From NCBI GenBank assembly GCA_029261435.1, contig JAJDBI010000112.1, positions 1 to 34,930 on the forward strand: a stretch of 34,930 nt of DNA. The letters run 5' to 3'. The position numbers were made by a program, and so were the translations under genes. Shown here piece after piece: positions 1 to 7,429 of the stretch. Origin of the DNA: Nitrospinaceae bacterium. GTDB taxonomy: Bacteria; Nitrospinota; Nitrospinia; Nitrospinales; VA-1. Within the stretch, counting starts at the first letter, position 1; the number at the start of each line of letters is the position of its first letter. Under the pieces are notes generated by a model. That model saw nothing but the letters and a program-made list of their open reading frames with translations, searched no databases and was not told the DNA's origin.

Positions 1-1
1 G

Positions 2-691
2 GTCAACCCCAACCGTCCAGCAAAACAGAAATTTAAAAATAAAATAACAAGGTATCCCCAAAAAGCTTCCCGCACTAACCACGTGCCTTTGCGAGGACCC
101 ATCGCAGTCGCCATCAACGGCGTAGTCTTCTTTGGTCCGGAAGACAGGGAAGGAAAAATAGCCTTGGAGAATCATGGGCTCGACTCATGCCGGGGGCATC
201 CGGCCCCATCGGGTGTTTATCATTATCACTGTACACCGGGGTGTGTGCATCGGGATTCCTCTCGCCAACATTCTTCGGTGATTGGCTATGCCTTCGATGG
301 ATTCAAAATTCATGGTCTGTTGGGTGAGGGAGGACAACCACCAATAGACCTGGATCAATGTAACGGTCACACTGACAATGACCGTGGCTACCACTATCAC
401 ACGACAGAGAAATACCCTTTCGTGCTGGGATGTTATAGGGGAGCACCCGTAACGGCAAACTATGACAACCGTCAGCAACCTGGGGGAGGAGGGACTGGGA
501 ATGGAAGAAATTCAATGAGAAGAAAAGGTGGGGATTCCATACGCCAGCACTGTGATGCGGGTCGTCAGAGGTATTGTCCCAACATGCCGCCCGGCCGCGC
601 GATGATGCAATGCATGATGCGCAATAAGAATAATTTCAGTATCCGGTGCAGAGAGGCTTTGCAAAACCATCGCCCACCTCCTCGTCGCTGA
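2..691 (+). CDS. YHYH-domain protein with C-terminal four-cysteine module (5' partial)
   Basis: The frame is open from base 2 (VNPNRP...). It has GPIAVAINGV, CRGHP..GVYHYH, IGYAFDGFKIHG and LDQCNGH...YHYH motifs, then a Gly-rich linker and a module with four Cys. Confidence 0.85.
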   Translation, partial: VNPNRPAKQKFKNKITRYPQKASRTNHVPLRGPIAVAINGVVFFGPEDREGKIALENHGLDSCRGHPAPSGVYHYHCTPGCVHRDSSRQHSSVIGYAFDGFKIHGLLGEGGQPPIDLDQCNGHTDNDRGYHYHTTEKYPFVLGCYRGAPVTANYDNRQQPGGGGTGNGRNSMRRKGGDSIRQHCDAGRQRYCPNMPPGRAMMQCMMRNKNNFSIRCREALQNHRPPPRR

Positions 692-918
692 GGTGAGTGG
701 AAATAGCGGGTTCGAGTTGGTAAACAGTGGTCAATGCTTGAAAAGATTTTGTCCTTTATTTTCTAAAGAAACCGTATAATCTTCATACAGCCTGTGCACT
801 TTTTTGTTACTTAAAACCTGCCTCTTTCCTTCCTTAAGTTTCTTATGTTTTTCTTCGATATTTAAATTTAGATTTGTTTTCAAGTGTTTAAAGAGTGTCT
901 CTCAACGGCTGCACCTTG

Positions 919-935
919 TTGGCATGCAAATTGCT
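919..935 (+). promoter_or_regulatory. sigma54 (RpoN) -24/-12 promoter
   Basis: TTGGCATGCAAATTGCT matches TGGCAC-N5-TTGC(A/T) with exact spacing, about 80 nt upstream of the ATG at 1017. Confidence 0.7.
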
Positions 936-1016
936 AATTAAGATAGTATGTGTGCCCGCAGTTGGGGATGACTGAGTTTACAAAACTAATTAAACCTAAT
1001 GGATTGTCGGTGAATC

Positions 1017-1475
1017 ATGAGAATAAATGCGCAGGCTTTAATTAAAGAAGATGCTGGTTGGTTCGTAGCGCAACTCAGGAAAGTTAAAGCCTTTTCAGTT
1101 CTTTCTGATAAAGACCTGGTGGATCTTGTTTCACAAATGAAAAGCTATGATTTTAAGGCCGGGACAACGCTTGTGAATCAGGGGGAGTCTGCAAACTTGT
1201 TTTTTATAGTTCATGAGGGTTTGGTAGAAGTTTCAGTGAAAAAGTTTTTCTTCTGGGAAAAGAAAGTCGCAACCCTTAAAGCGGGGGAATTTTTCGGTGA
1301 AAGCGTTCTGGTCTCGAATTCCAAACGAACTGCTACAGTTAAAGCACTGACAGATACTTCATGCTTCGTTCTGCTCAAGCCCAGCTTTAAATCCACGCTT
1401 AACCATAATGCCCTTTTCAAAGAAAATATGAAGGTCGTTTTCGCAAGACGAAAGCGCCAACTTCAGAGCACTTGA
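1017..1475 (+). CDS. stand-alone cyclic nucleotide-binding domain protein
   Basis: QGESANLFFIVHEGLVEV and GEFFGESVL...RTATV phosphate-binding cassette; no HTH or other output domain. Confidence 0.9.
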   Translation: MRINAQALIKEDAGWFVAQLRKVKAFSVLSDKDLVDLVSQMKSYDFKAGTTLVNQGESANLFFIVHEGLVEVSVKKFFFWEKKVATLKAGEFFGESVLVSNSKRTATVKALTDTSCFVLLKPSFKSTLNHNALFKENMKVVFARRKRQLQST

Positions 1476-1613
1476 TAGACCAGTTGCCGGTAGCGGTAAC
1501 ATATCTCCTGTTTGTTTCTAGTCCAGCAATGACTTAAATTGGTGTGAAAACTGTTTTCGGGATGAGGGTGTGATGCCGGGAAAGCTATGCTTTCTCAGGT
1601 GCTTTAGCTGTTT

Positions 1614-2903
1614 TTAGCTGGCGGTTTGAGAGGAGCGCTTAAAAATAAAAGATTTTGTCTTATTATTTACTTCAGAAACAAGGTTACGCTTTGCATTCAG
1701 GGTTCTCCTGGCATGCTGAAAAAAAGCGATTGTACTTCCAAAAAACAAGCCTGCGAGCAGCCCGGTGAAAATGATTACATTTCTTTTATTTTGGAAGGGT
1801 TGAGTAGGTGGAATGCTGGGTTGGTTAATAATGACAAAGTTGGAGTGCTTCAATGTTTTGAAAGACTCCCATGTCTTGAATTCCATATCCAGGTTCTTTA
1901 TTTGAGTGTTGTCAATCGGCTTAGCTTCCTCGATTACATCAATCGACTTTGCACTCTCAATAACATCACTTTTTTTGGCTTGAGACTGCAATAGATTTAA
2001 TTCGGCTTCAAGAATTTTCGCGCCGAATAAATACCATCTTGGAGCTTTGTTGAGAGGTTGGTCATATTTGAAATTATTTTCTTCAATATTCATACTTCGA
2101 GCCAAGGCCAGGTCTTTTTTCAATAGCGCAATTTCGTTTTCAATTTTTTTCTTTTTTTGTGAAATCTGTTGTTCCTGATTTTTCTTTTGTTGTAATTGTT
2201 TGATCTTTTCTTGTGAGAGAAGAATTGCTTTCTTGGACGATATTTTTTTCAATTGTTGATCAATGGTGTTTAAAAGGTGATCTTCAATACGTATTGTTTT
2301 TATTCCTGTTTTCACCAGAGCGTTAATAAATTCCGCCATGGCCTCAGGTTTAGATCCTTCCATTTCCAGGAATACAGGTTTGTTGAAAAGCTCAGTATTT
2401 TTGGCCGGGACACCTGTCAGAGATATAGACTTATTTATCTCCAGCACCACAGCATCTGAATTAACTGAACCGTCGGAGTTATCAACGAACTTCTTCAGAA
2501 AGTTTCCACTTTCAAGTACTTCTTGTTGAAAATTAAAGGATTGGATCTTCATCAAAAAATTCTGATAAAGAGATGTTTTGGTTTCTTTAATAATTTTCTG
2601 GAATTCAGCAGTGCTTTTTGTCGAGAAAGATTCAACCGGTAAAGTTTCCTGAGGCATTAAAAAACTAATAGTTGTTTTGTACTTAGGAGTGATTGATAGA
2701 GCATAACCGGCAGCAAGCAGCGTGAAAATAATTGCAACAGAAAGAATAATGCTCCTTTTTCTAATCATAAAATCCACTATTCTGACCATATAATCCACTA
2801 TCTCAAAAAGGCTAATTTCGTCATTTTGGGTTTCATTGAATCTCTTATCCGAGGGAATCTGAATAGGGTCAATTTGGATAGGTGGATTTTTAGGAGCATT
2901 CAT
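1614..2903 (-). CDS. wzz: Wzz/FepE-family polysaccharide chain-length determinant
   Basis: N-terminal DEISLFEIV motif, TM1 followed by TPKY, a long coiled-coil periplasmic region, and a Pro-rich segment before a Gly-rich TM2 (PSIPPTQP...GLLAGLFFG). Confidence 0.85.
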   Translation of the reverse strand: MNAPKNPPIQIDPIQIPSDKRFNETQNDEISLFEIVDYMVRIVDFMIRKRSIILSVAIIFTLLAAGYALSITPKYKTTISFLMPQETLPVESFSTKSTAEFQKIIKETKTSLYQNFLMKIQSFNFQQEVLESGNFLKKFVDNSDGSVNSDAVVLEINKSISLTGVPAKNTELFNKPVFLEMEGSKPEAMAEFINALVKTGIKTIRIEDHLLNTIDQQLKKISSKKAILLSQEKIKQLQQKKNQEQQISQKKKKIENEIALLKKDLALARSMNIEENNFKYDQPLNKAPRWYLFGAKILEAELNLLQSQAKKSDVIESAKSIDVIEEAKPIDNTQIKNLDMEFKTWESFKTLKHSNFVIINQPSIPPTQPFQNKRNVIIFTGLLAGLFFGSTIAFFQHARRTLNAKRNLVSEVNNKTKSFIFKRSSQTAS

Positions 2904-2932
2904 GGATTAACCCTCGCTTGCAGCTGATGTTA

Positions 2933-2957
2933 AAAACCCTTGGAGAACAAGGGTTTT
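2933..2957 (-). terminator. terminator-like hairpin upstream of wzz
   Basis: 10-bp perfect inverted repeat AAAACCCTTG-GAGAA-CAAGGGTTTT; on the minus strand the stem ends in a U-run. Confidence 0.5.
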
Positions 2958-3029
2958 AGCCTTTAAGGTCAAGTGACATCGCTCAAAACTAATAGATTAG
3001 GATGTAAACTTAAAGGCCTGTATTTATAA

Positions 3030-3056
3030 GTATCGGGATTTTTGCTCTAAACTTAA
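3030..3056 (-). promoter_or_regulatory. sigma28 (FliA)-type promoter facing wzz
   Basis: Minus strand TTAAGTTT-N11-CCCGATAC versus consensus TAAAGTTT-N11-GCCGATAA. Confidence 0.6.
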
Positions 3057-3105
3057 GTGAGGAAATAACAATAATTCAGTGTAAATCTATAGGTGGGGGT
3101 GCATT

Positions 3106-3789
3106 TTACAGTTTTTCCAGCCATTCCCGGGCATGTCCTATAGCTGTAATTATCTGACCGGGCTGCATTTTCTTTTCTATAATATCGGCATTTTTGCGTC
3201 CGGTTTCATTGCCGTTCACCCCGGCAATATTGAACCATTTGTGTGCTTCTACATAATCCTGTTCAACCCCCTGGCCTCTTTCATACATCAGGCCAAGGTT
3301 CGACTGCGCTCCAGTAATCCTCTGTTCGGCGGCCAGCCGGAACCAGCGGACCGCCTCCTGATCATTCATCGGGACTCCCTCACCCCGCATATGCATCAAC
3401 CCAAGATTGTATTGAGCCTGACCATATCCTTGCTCGGCCGCAAGTCTGAACCATTTGATCGCATCGAAAAGGTCCCGTACAACTCCCTGACCTCTGCCAT
3501 ACATCACCCCGAGATTGTGCTGAGCCTGGGCTAACCCCTGCTCGGCAGCCAGTCGGTACCATTTGACCGCTTCTGCATAATTCTGTTCAACTCCCTGACC
3601 CTTTCCATACATCAGGCCGAGATTGGTTTGAGCCTCGGGGAATCCTTGTTCTGCCGCCAGTCGATACCACCTGACAGACTTCTTGTCGTCCCTGGGAACT
3701 TCCTTGCCTCTGCTGTAAATCAGGCCGAGATTATATTGTGCTTCGGGAACTCCTTCTTCTGCCAGAGGCATCCACTCGTAAAAATTCAT
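3106..3789 (-). CDS. Sel1-like repeat protein
   Basis: About five to six 36-aa repeats of the form AQxNLGLMYxxGxGVxxDxxEAVxWxRLAAEQG; GAGGA RBS upstream; no obvious signal peptide. Confidence 0.95.
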   Translation of the reverse strand: MNFYEWMPLAEEGVPEAQYNLGLIYSRGKEVPRDDKKSVRWYRLAAEQGFPEAQTNLGLMYGKGQGVEQNYAEAVKWYRLAAEQGLAQAQHNLGVMYGRGQGVVRDLFDAIKWFRLAAEQGYGQAQYNLGLMHMRGEGVPMNDQEAVRWFRLAAEQRITGAQSNLGLMYERGQGVEQDYVEAHKWFNIAGVNGNETGRKNADIIEKKMQPGQIITAIGHAREWLEKL

Positions 3790-3826
3790 TTTTGTTATAT
3801 CCTCGTTCTGGTGCTGAAATGTTTTT

Positions 3827-4456
3827 CTATTCCATGTTACGCCGCAATTGCAACCCCATATATCCTACAGTTATGGTGAACAGACTGATAAAGTAAACAA
3901 TTAAAACGGTTACCCAGAACTCTCCTGTATCTGCGACCGAGTCATAGATAGCATGGCAGGTGCTATTCCTGGGAGCAACACACTCCACACTGCCGCTGAG
4001 CACTGACTCCGCAAGGTGAAAAATCATAAACGAACCCAGCGCCATAAAGATGAAAATGGCCTTTTTATCGTATAGATTAAATCCATCCAACCCCCATTTT
4101 TTGTCGCTCTCTTCCTCAAACCGCTCCAACATAGTGGACGCTCTGGGGACAATTTGAACTCCAAGCCAGCACATGGCAAGCAGCATCAACACTCTGAAAT
4201 AGGGGTCTAGAAACGCAGGGAATTGCAGGAAAAGCATGGACCGGGAAAACAGCACTAAAAGAAAAAGGGCCACCATTGCAAAGAACATTAAATTACCACT
4301 ACTGCTTTTTTTTGGCGTGAAAGATGATTTGGAAGAGTGGGTGTCTTTCTGTTGTCTGCTTTCTTGTGCTTCCTTGTATTTTGAAAATATAACACCACAA
4401 TTTGTGCAAACATCCGAGACTTGCTGCTCAAATTTGCATTTAGGACATTTCATCAT
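3827..4456 (-). CDS. zinc-ribbon-domain multi-pass membrane protein
   Basis: N-terminal CPKC...CTNCG ribbon followed by about four hydrophobic segments. Confidence 0.8.
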   Translation of the reverse strand: MMKCPKCKFEQQVSDVCTNCGVIFSKYKEAQESRQQKDTHSSKSSFTPKKSSSGNLMFFAMVALFLLVLFSRSMLFLQFPAFLDPYFRVLMLLAMCWLGVQIVPRASTMLERFEEESDKKWGLDGFNLYDKKAIFIFMALGSFMIFHLAESVLSGSVECVAPRNSTCHAIYDSVADTGEFWVTVLIVYFISLFTITVGYMGLQLRRNME

Positions 4457-4499
4457 TCACACCTGTTTCAGGACGAGACAGCAATTCCAGTGTTGAGGA

Positions 4500-4604
4500 T
4501 CAATACCCTAAAACCGTGTGAAATACCGCACCGATTCCAACACACCAATAAATACCGGCACCGATCAGGTTCCAAATTGTAGCTGTGATTTGTTCAAAGG
4601 TCAT
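4500..4604 (-). CDS. 34-aa single-TM microprotein (MTFEQITATIWNLIGAGIYWCVGIGAVFHTVLGY)
   Basis: Manual translation; ATG overlaps the upstream stop (ATGA at 4601-4604); AAGGTGG SD-like sequence; hydrophobic, Gly-rich core. Confidence 0.6.
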   Translation of the reverse strand: MTFEQITATIWNLIGAGIYWCVGIGAVFHTVLGY

Positions 4605-4705
4605 TGTGCCACCACCTTAATCACAAAGAAAAAGAATGAAAGGGTGGTGATCACGATGTTTGCCACTGCCGACCAAATCATGAGTTTGTGAGATATTTTT
4701 TCCAT
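4601..4705 (-). CDS. 34-aa single-TM microprotein (MEKISHKLMIWSAVANIVITTLSFFFFVIKVVAQ)
   Basis: Manual translation; purine-rich AAAGAAAGGG before the ATG; about 20-aa hydrophobic stretch; stop overlaps the next ATG. Confidence 0.6.
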   Translation of the reverse strand: MEKISHKLMIWSAVANIVITTLSFFFFVIKVVAQ

Positions 4706-4855
4706 AGCCCTTTCTTTAGTTTTAAGATCGTAAAGTGTCGGGTTAAATATACTTACAGCCAAGTCCTTTATCTATACCCTTAAAAGCATAATTGAATTTT
4801 ACAGGTTTGGTGGAGGTAGTACAAGGTTACCAGATTATCGTATAATTTGAGCGCT

Positions 4856-5200
4856 ATGGTAGAACTGATTCTTAGTGTTCATTTTTTTATTATTTTATTT
4901 GTTATTTTGGGGTTTCCGGTCGGGCTTATTATCAACTCTCGGCTGTTCCGCATTATCCATGTCAGCATTCTGGCAGGAATAGCCCTGCTAATGGTTCTGA
5001 AAATCCCATGTCCCCTGACTATATGGGAAGAGACTTTAAGGCAAGCTCCAGTATATGAAGGATCTTTCATTGAGAGCTGGCTCAACCGGATAATCTATCT
5101 GGAAGATTTTGATGCCTCCTTTGTTCCGTACATGGCGGTGGGGTTTCTCGTGCTGACGGTTTCTTCCTTTTTATGGAAACCCTTAAAACCCGCCAAATGA
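4856..5200 (+). CDS. DUF2784-like small membrane protein
   Basis: Hydrophobic protein with H...H and CPLTIWE..LR motif followed by GSFI. ATG 4856 is preferred over TTG 4847 because TATAAT lies at 4841-4846. Confidence 0.8.
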   Translation: MVELILSVHFFIILFVILGFPVGLIINSRLFRIIHVSILAGIALLMVLKIPCPLTIWEETLRQAPVYEGSFIESWLNRIIYLEDFDASFVPYMAVGFLVLTVSSFLWKPLKPAK

Positions 5201-5281
5201 AAGAGGGGGGAATCAAGGTATTTCGATATTTCTCATAAAGGTGTGAGTGGGAGCTGGGTTGATAGCAGAGGCAACACCGCT

Positions 5282-5310
5282 TTGACCCTTTAAAGGCTTG
5301 AAGGTATACT
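5282..5310 (+). promoter_or_regulatory. sigma70 promoter
   Basis: TTGACC-N17-TATACT upstream of the DUF4124 gene. Confidence 0.65.
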
Positions 5311-5341
5311 TGTTAACGATATATTTTTGAGGATCTCGCCC

Positions 5342-5869
5342 ATGGCAAGGATTACTTTAATTGTGCTTTGTTTTTTTTTGGCAACACCTGCCTGGGGAAA
5401 AATTTATAAATGGGTTGATGAAAAAGGGAAGACTCATTTCACCGATGACCTGAGAAAAGTTCCTGCTGACCAGAGGCCTGAAACTCAAAAAGAACCAAGA
5501 CCCCGCCCCCCGAAGAGAAAAGAGGCAGCCAAAAAAAATAAGGTGAATGACAAGGCACCTTCTTCTGACACAAAGCAAGTCTTCAACATATCCATTGAAG
5601 AATGTGGGAATGAAATTAGACAGGGAAAAACCAGGTCTCACCTGGATACGTTGCTCGATACATCCCAATGCAAAGAAAAGACAATCGCCAAAGCTGTAAC
5701 TTCCTGGGAATGTGAAACGGGCCCGAATCAAGAAAGGTTTTGCGATAATCAACTGGCATCTTTCTGTTCTCGAAAATACACATGTGTTAGTGAAACAAAG
5801 AATTATAGTCGATCCAAATTCAGCAAGGAAGAGGAAGCCGGAAATGCTCCGTTATCCCTTGTCGAATAA
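5342..5869 (+). CDS. secreted DUF4124-domain protein with Cys-rich C-terminus
   Basis: Signal peptide, then KIYKWVDEKGKTHFTD (DUF4124 signature); GAGGA RBS before ATG 5342; six Cys in the C-terminal half. Confidence 0.85.
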   Translation: MARITLIVLCFFLATPAWGKIYKWVDEKGKTHFTDDLRKVPADQRPETQKEPRPRPPKRKEAAKKNKVNDKAPSSDTKQVFNISIEECGNEIRQGKTRSHLDTLLDTSQCKEKTIAKAVTSWECETGPNQERFCDNQLASFCSRKYTCVSETKNYSRSKFSKEEEAGNAPLSLVE

Positions 5870-5918
5870 TGGTATGGTGTGCACTTAATTATAACTTTTT
5901 GATGGAGAGATATTCGAT

Positions 5919-6452
5919 ATGAAAAAGACTCTATTTATTTTTGTACCGATGTTTTGCTTTCTGTTTTTAGGAACGTCTTCAGCGGTAGCTGACCAGGGGC
6001 ACCACAAACCCTATGTCGGATCGAAAGCCTTCGAACGCATGAAGCAGCTGGTTGGCAACTGGGAAGGCACTATGGATATGGGGAAGGAAACCATGAAGAT
6101 GAAGGCCAGTTATAAATTGACTGCTGCCGGAAGCGCATTGGTCGAAACATTTCATGAGGGCACCCCGCATGAAATGGTATCGGTCTGGCACGACAACAAA
6201 AATAAGAAGCTGACCATGACCCACTATTGCGCTGAACACAACCAGCCCAAACTGGTTATGCAGGGGATGGGCAAAAGTCAATTAACAATGGACCTTATCC
6301 CTGATAGTGAAATCGATGTTGCCAATGAGAGCCATATCCACTCTGCCGCTATCCAGTTTGAAGGGGATGATAAGATGACTCACAAGTGGACTAGTTTCAA
6401 GGATGGCAAAAAAGATATGGTGGTTGAAATTTCCTTCAACCGCATGAAATGA
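5919..6452 (+). CDS. secreted hypothetical protein, probable beta-barrel (THYC..NQP motif)
   Basis: GGAG RBS, signal peptide, LVGNWEG and THYCAEHNQP motifs, alternating beta-strand pattern. Confidence 0.75.
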   Translation: MKKTLFIFVPMFCFLFLGTSSAVADQGHHKPYVGSKAFERMKQLVGNWEGTMDMGKETMKMKASYKLTAAGSALVETFHEGTPHEMVSVWHDNKNKKLTMTHYCAEHNQPKLVMQGMGKSQLTMDLIPDSEIDVANESHIHSAAIQFEGDDKMTHKWTSFKDGKKDMVVEISFNRMK

Positions 6453-6544
6453 CTCGTTCTTGCCGTAGAGACGCAGGTCCAAAACATCATGCTCGGGCTG
6501 ACCTATGGCCTCGAACTATTCTGAATAACAACAGTGGCTCTGCA

Positions 6545-6871
6545 TTAGTTGTTTAGATCTTTGCTGGAGTTTTCGCCACCCTTGTCTAAGGGTTTTTGGT
6601 CATTACTATCGATGCCGCCCCAGTTGTCGTCTACGAAACGGTCGGTCATGGTGTGCAGGTCTTTTTTGTTTCTTTGGATTTTTTTCAGCAGGAGTTTGGT
6701 CTCTTCATCAGGGAACAGATCGTTGAGGTCGTTTTCTTCATCGGGGAACACTTCATTGAGGTCGACTTCCGATTCTGGAAAAGGCAGTTCGTTTTGTGGC
6801 GCAAAAATTTTCTCTCCGTCTTCTACAATTTCATTGTTTAAAGATGGGGTTTGTTCGGTTGCTTCGTTCAT
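6545..6871 (-). CDS. acidic hypothetical protein with internal repeat
   Basis: GGAG RBS before ATG 6871; very D/E-rich; DLNEVFPDEE/DLNDLFPDEE repeat. Confidence 0.6.
   Translation of the reverse strand: MNEATEQTPSLNNEIVEDGEKIFAPQNELPFPESEVDLNEVFPDEENDLNDLFPDEETKLLLKKIQRNKKDLHTMTDRFVDDNWGGIDSNDQKPLDKGGENSSKDLNN
6702..6764. repeat. 33-bp-period in-frame tandem duplication
   Basis: tcttcatcagggaacagatcgttgaggtcg / tcttcatcggggaacacttcattgaggtcg. Confidence 0.8.
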
Positions 6872-6987
6872 GCTCGGTTCTCCAGAGAAATTCAATTTTG
6901 ACTCGGCATTTTACTTACATTTTTTGAATTAATCAAACTCGCTTCAGGTCAATCACCTCAACGCAGTCCGAGGGAATTGAGTAAAAT

Positions 6988-7053
6988 CTTTTCAAGCCGA
7001 GGTAACGGAATGTCAGCAGATAAAGCCATTGCAGTTGGCTCCACGCCGAGTGG
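6988..7053 (-). repeat. dispersed intergenic repeat, copy A
   Basis: Minus-strand ccactcggcgtggagccaactgcaatggcttt matches 28031-28062 at 28 of 32 positions (manual count); weaker similarity continues to ctcggct. Confidence 0.75.
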
Positions 7054-7056
7054 CCG

Positions 7057-7380
7057 CTAGGAGCAGGCTTCTATTTGAATGAAGTCACGTAACTTGCCTT
7101 TGCCCCAATAGCCGTAGAACGCGCTTCCTGCTGTGGTGCAGGAGGTGGTCATGTGGATGAACTGCTTTTGTCCATTGTCACCTTTCAGAACCCCCACTTG
7201 TGAGAAAGGAGGGATGCAACCCCCGCAATTGGCGCACTGGGTGGAATGGAGTTCGCATAACTTATGCAGGCAGGGTTGGCAGACTATTGGATCAAACAGA
7301 TAGATTTCTTCCCCTTGATATTCAATCACGGTGGGAATAGTACTTACCGGAGCTTTACATTCCTGGCAGACCGAGCTCAT
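7057..7380 (-). CDS. small double zinc-finger protein (LIM-like spacing)
   Basis: C5xxC8-x25-C34xxC37-x11-C49xxC52-x23-H76xxxxC81. Confidence 0.75.
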   Translation of the reverse strand: MSSVCQECKAPVSTIPTVIEYQGEEIYLFDPIVCQPCLHKLCELHSTQCANCGGCIPPFSQVGVLKGDNGQKQFIHMTTSCTTAGSAFYGYWGKGKLRDFIQIEACS

Positions 7381-7429
7381 AGCAATCCGAAAAGATAATT
7401 GGGTGGTGAAAAATTCTACCTCAATCTGA

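Noticed and set aside
834-861. Weak sigma28-like motif TTAAGTTT...TTCGATAT
   Set aside because: The spacer is 12 rather than 11 nt and the -10 is poor; likely chance in AT-rich DNA.
6924-6936. TTGAATTAATCAA as an FNR box
   Set aside because: The spacing is one base short of TTGAT-N4-ATCAA.
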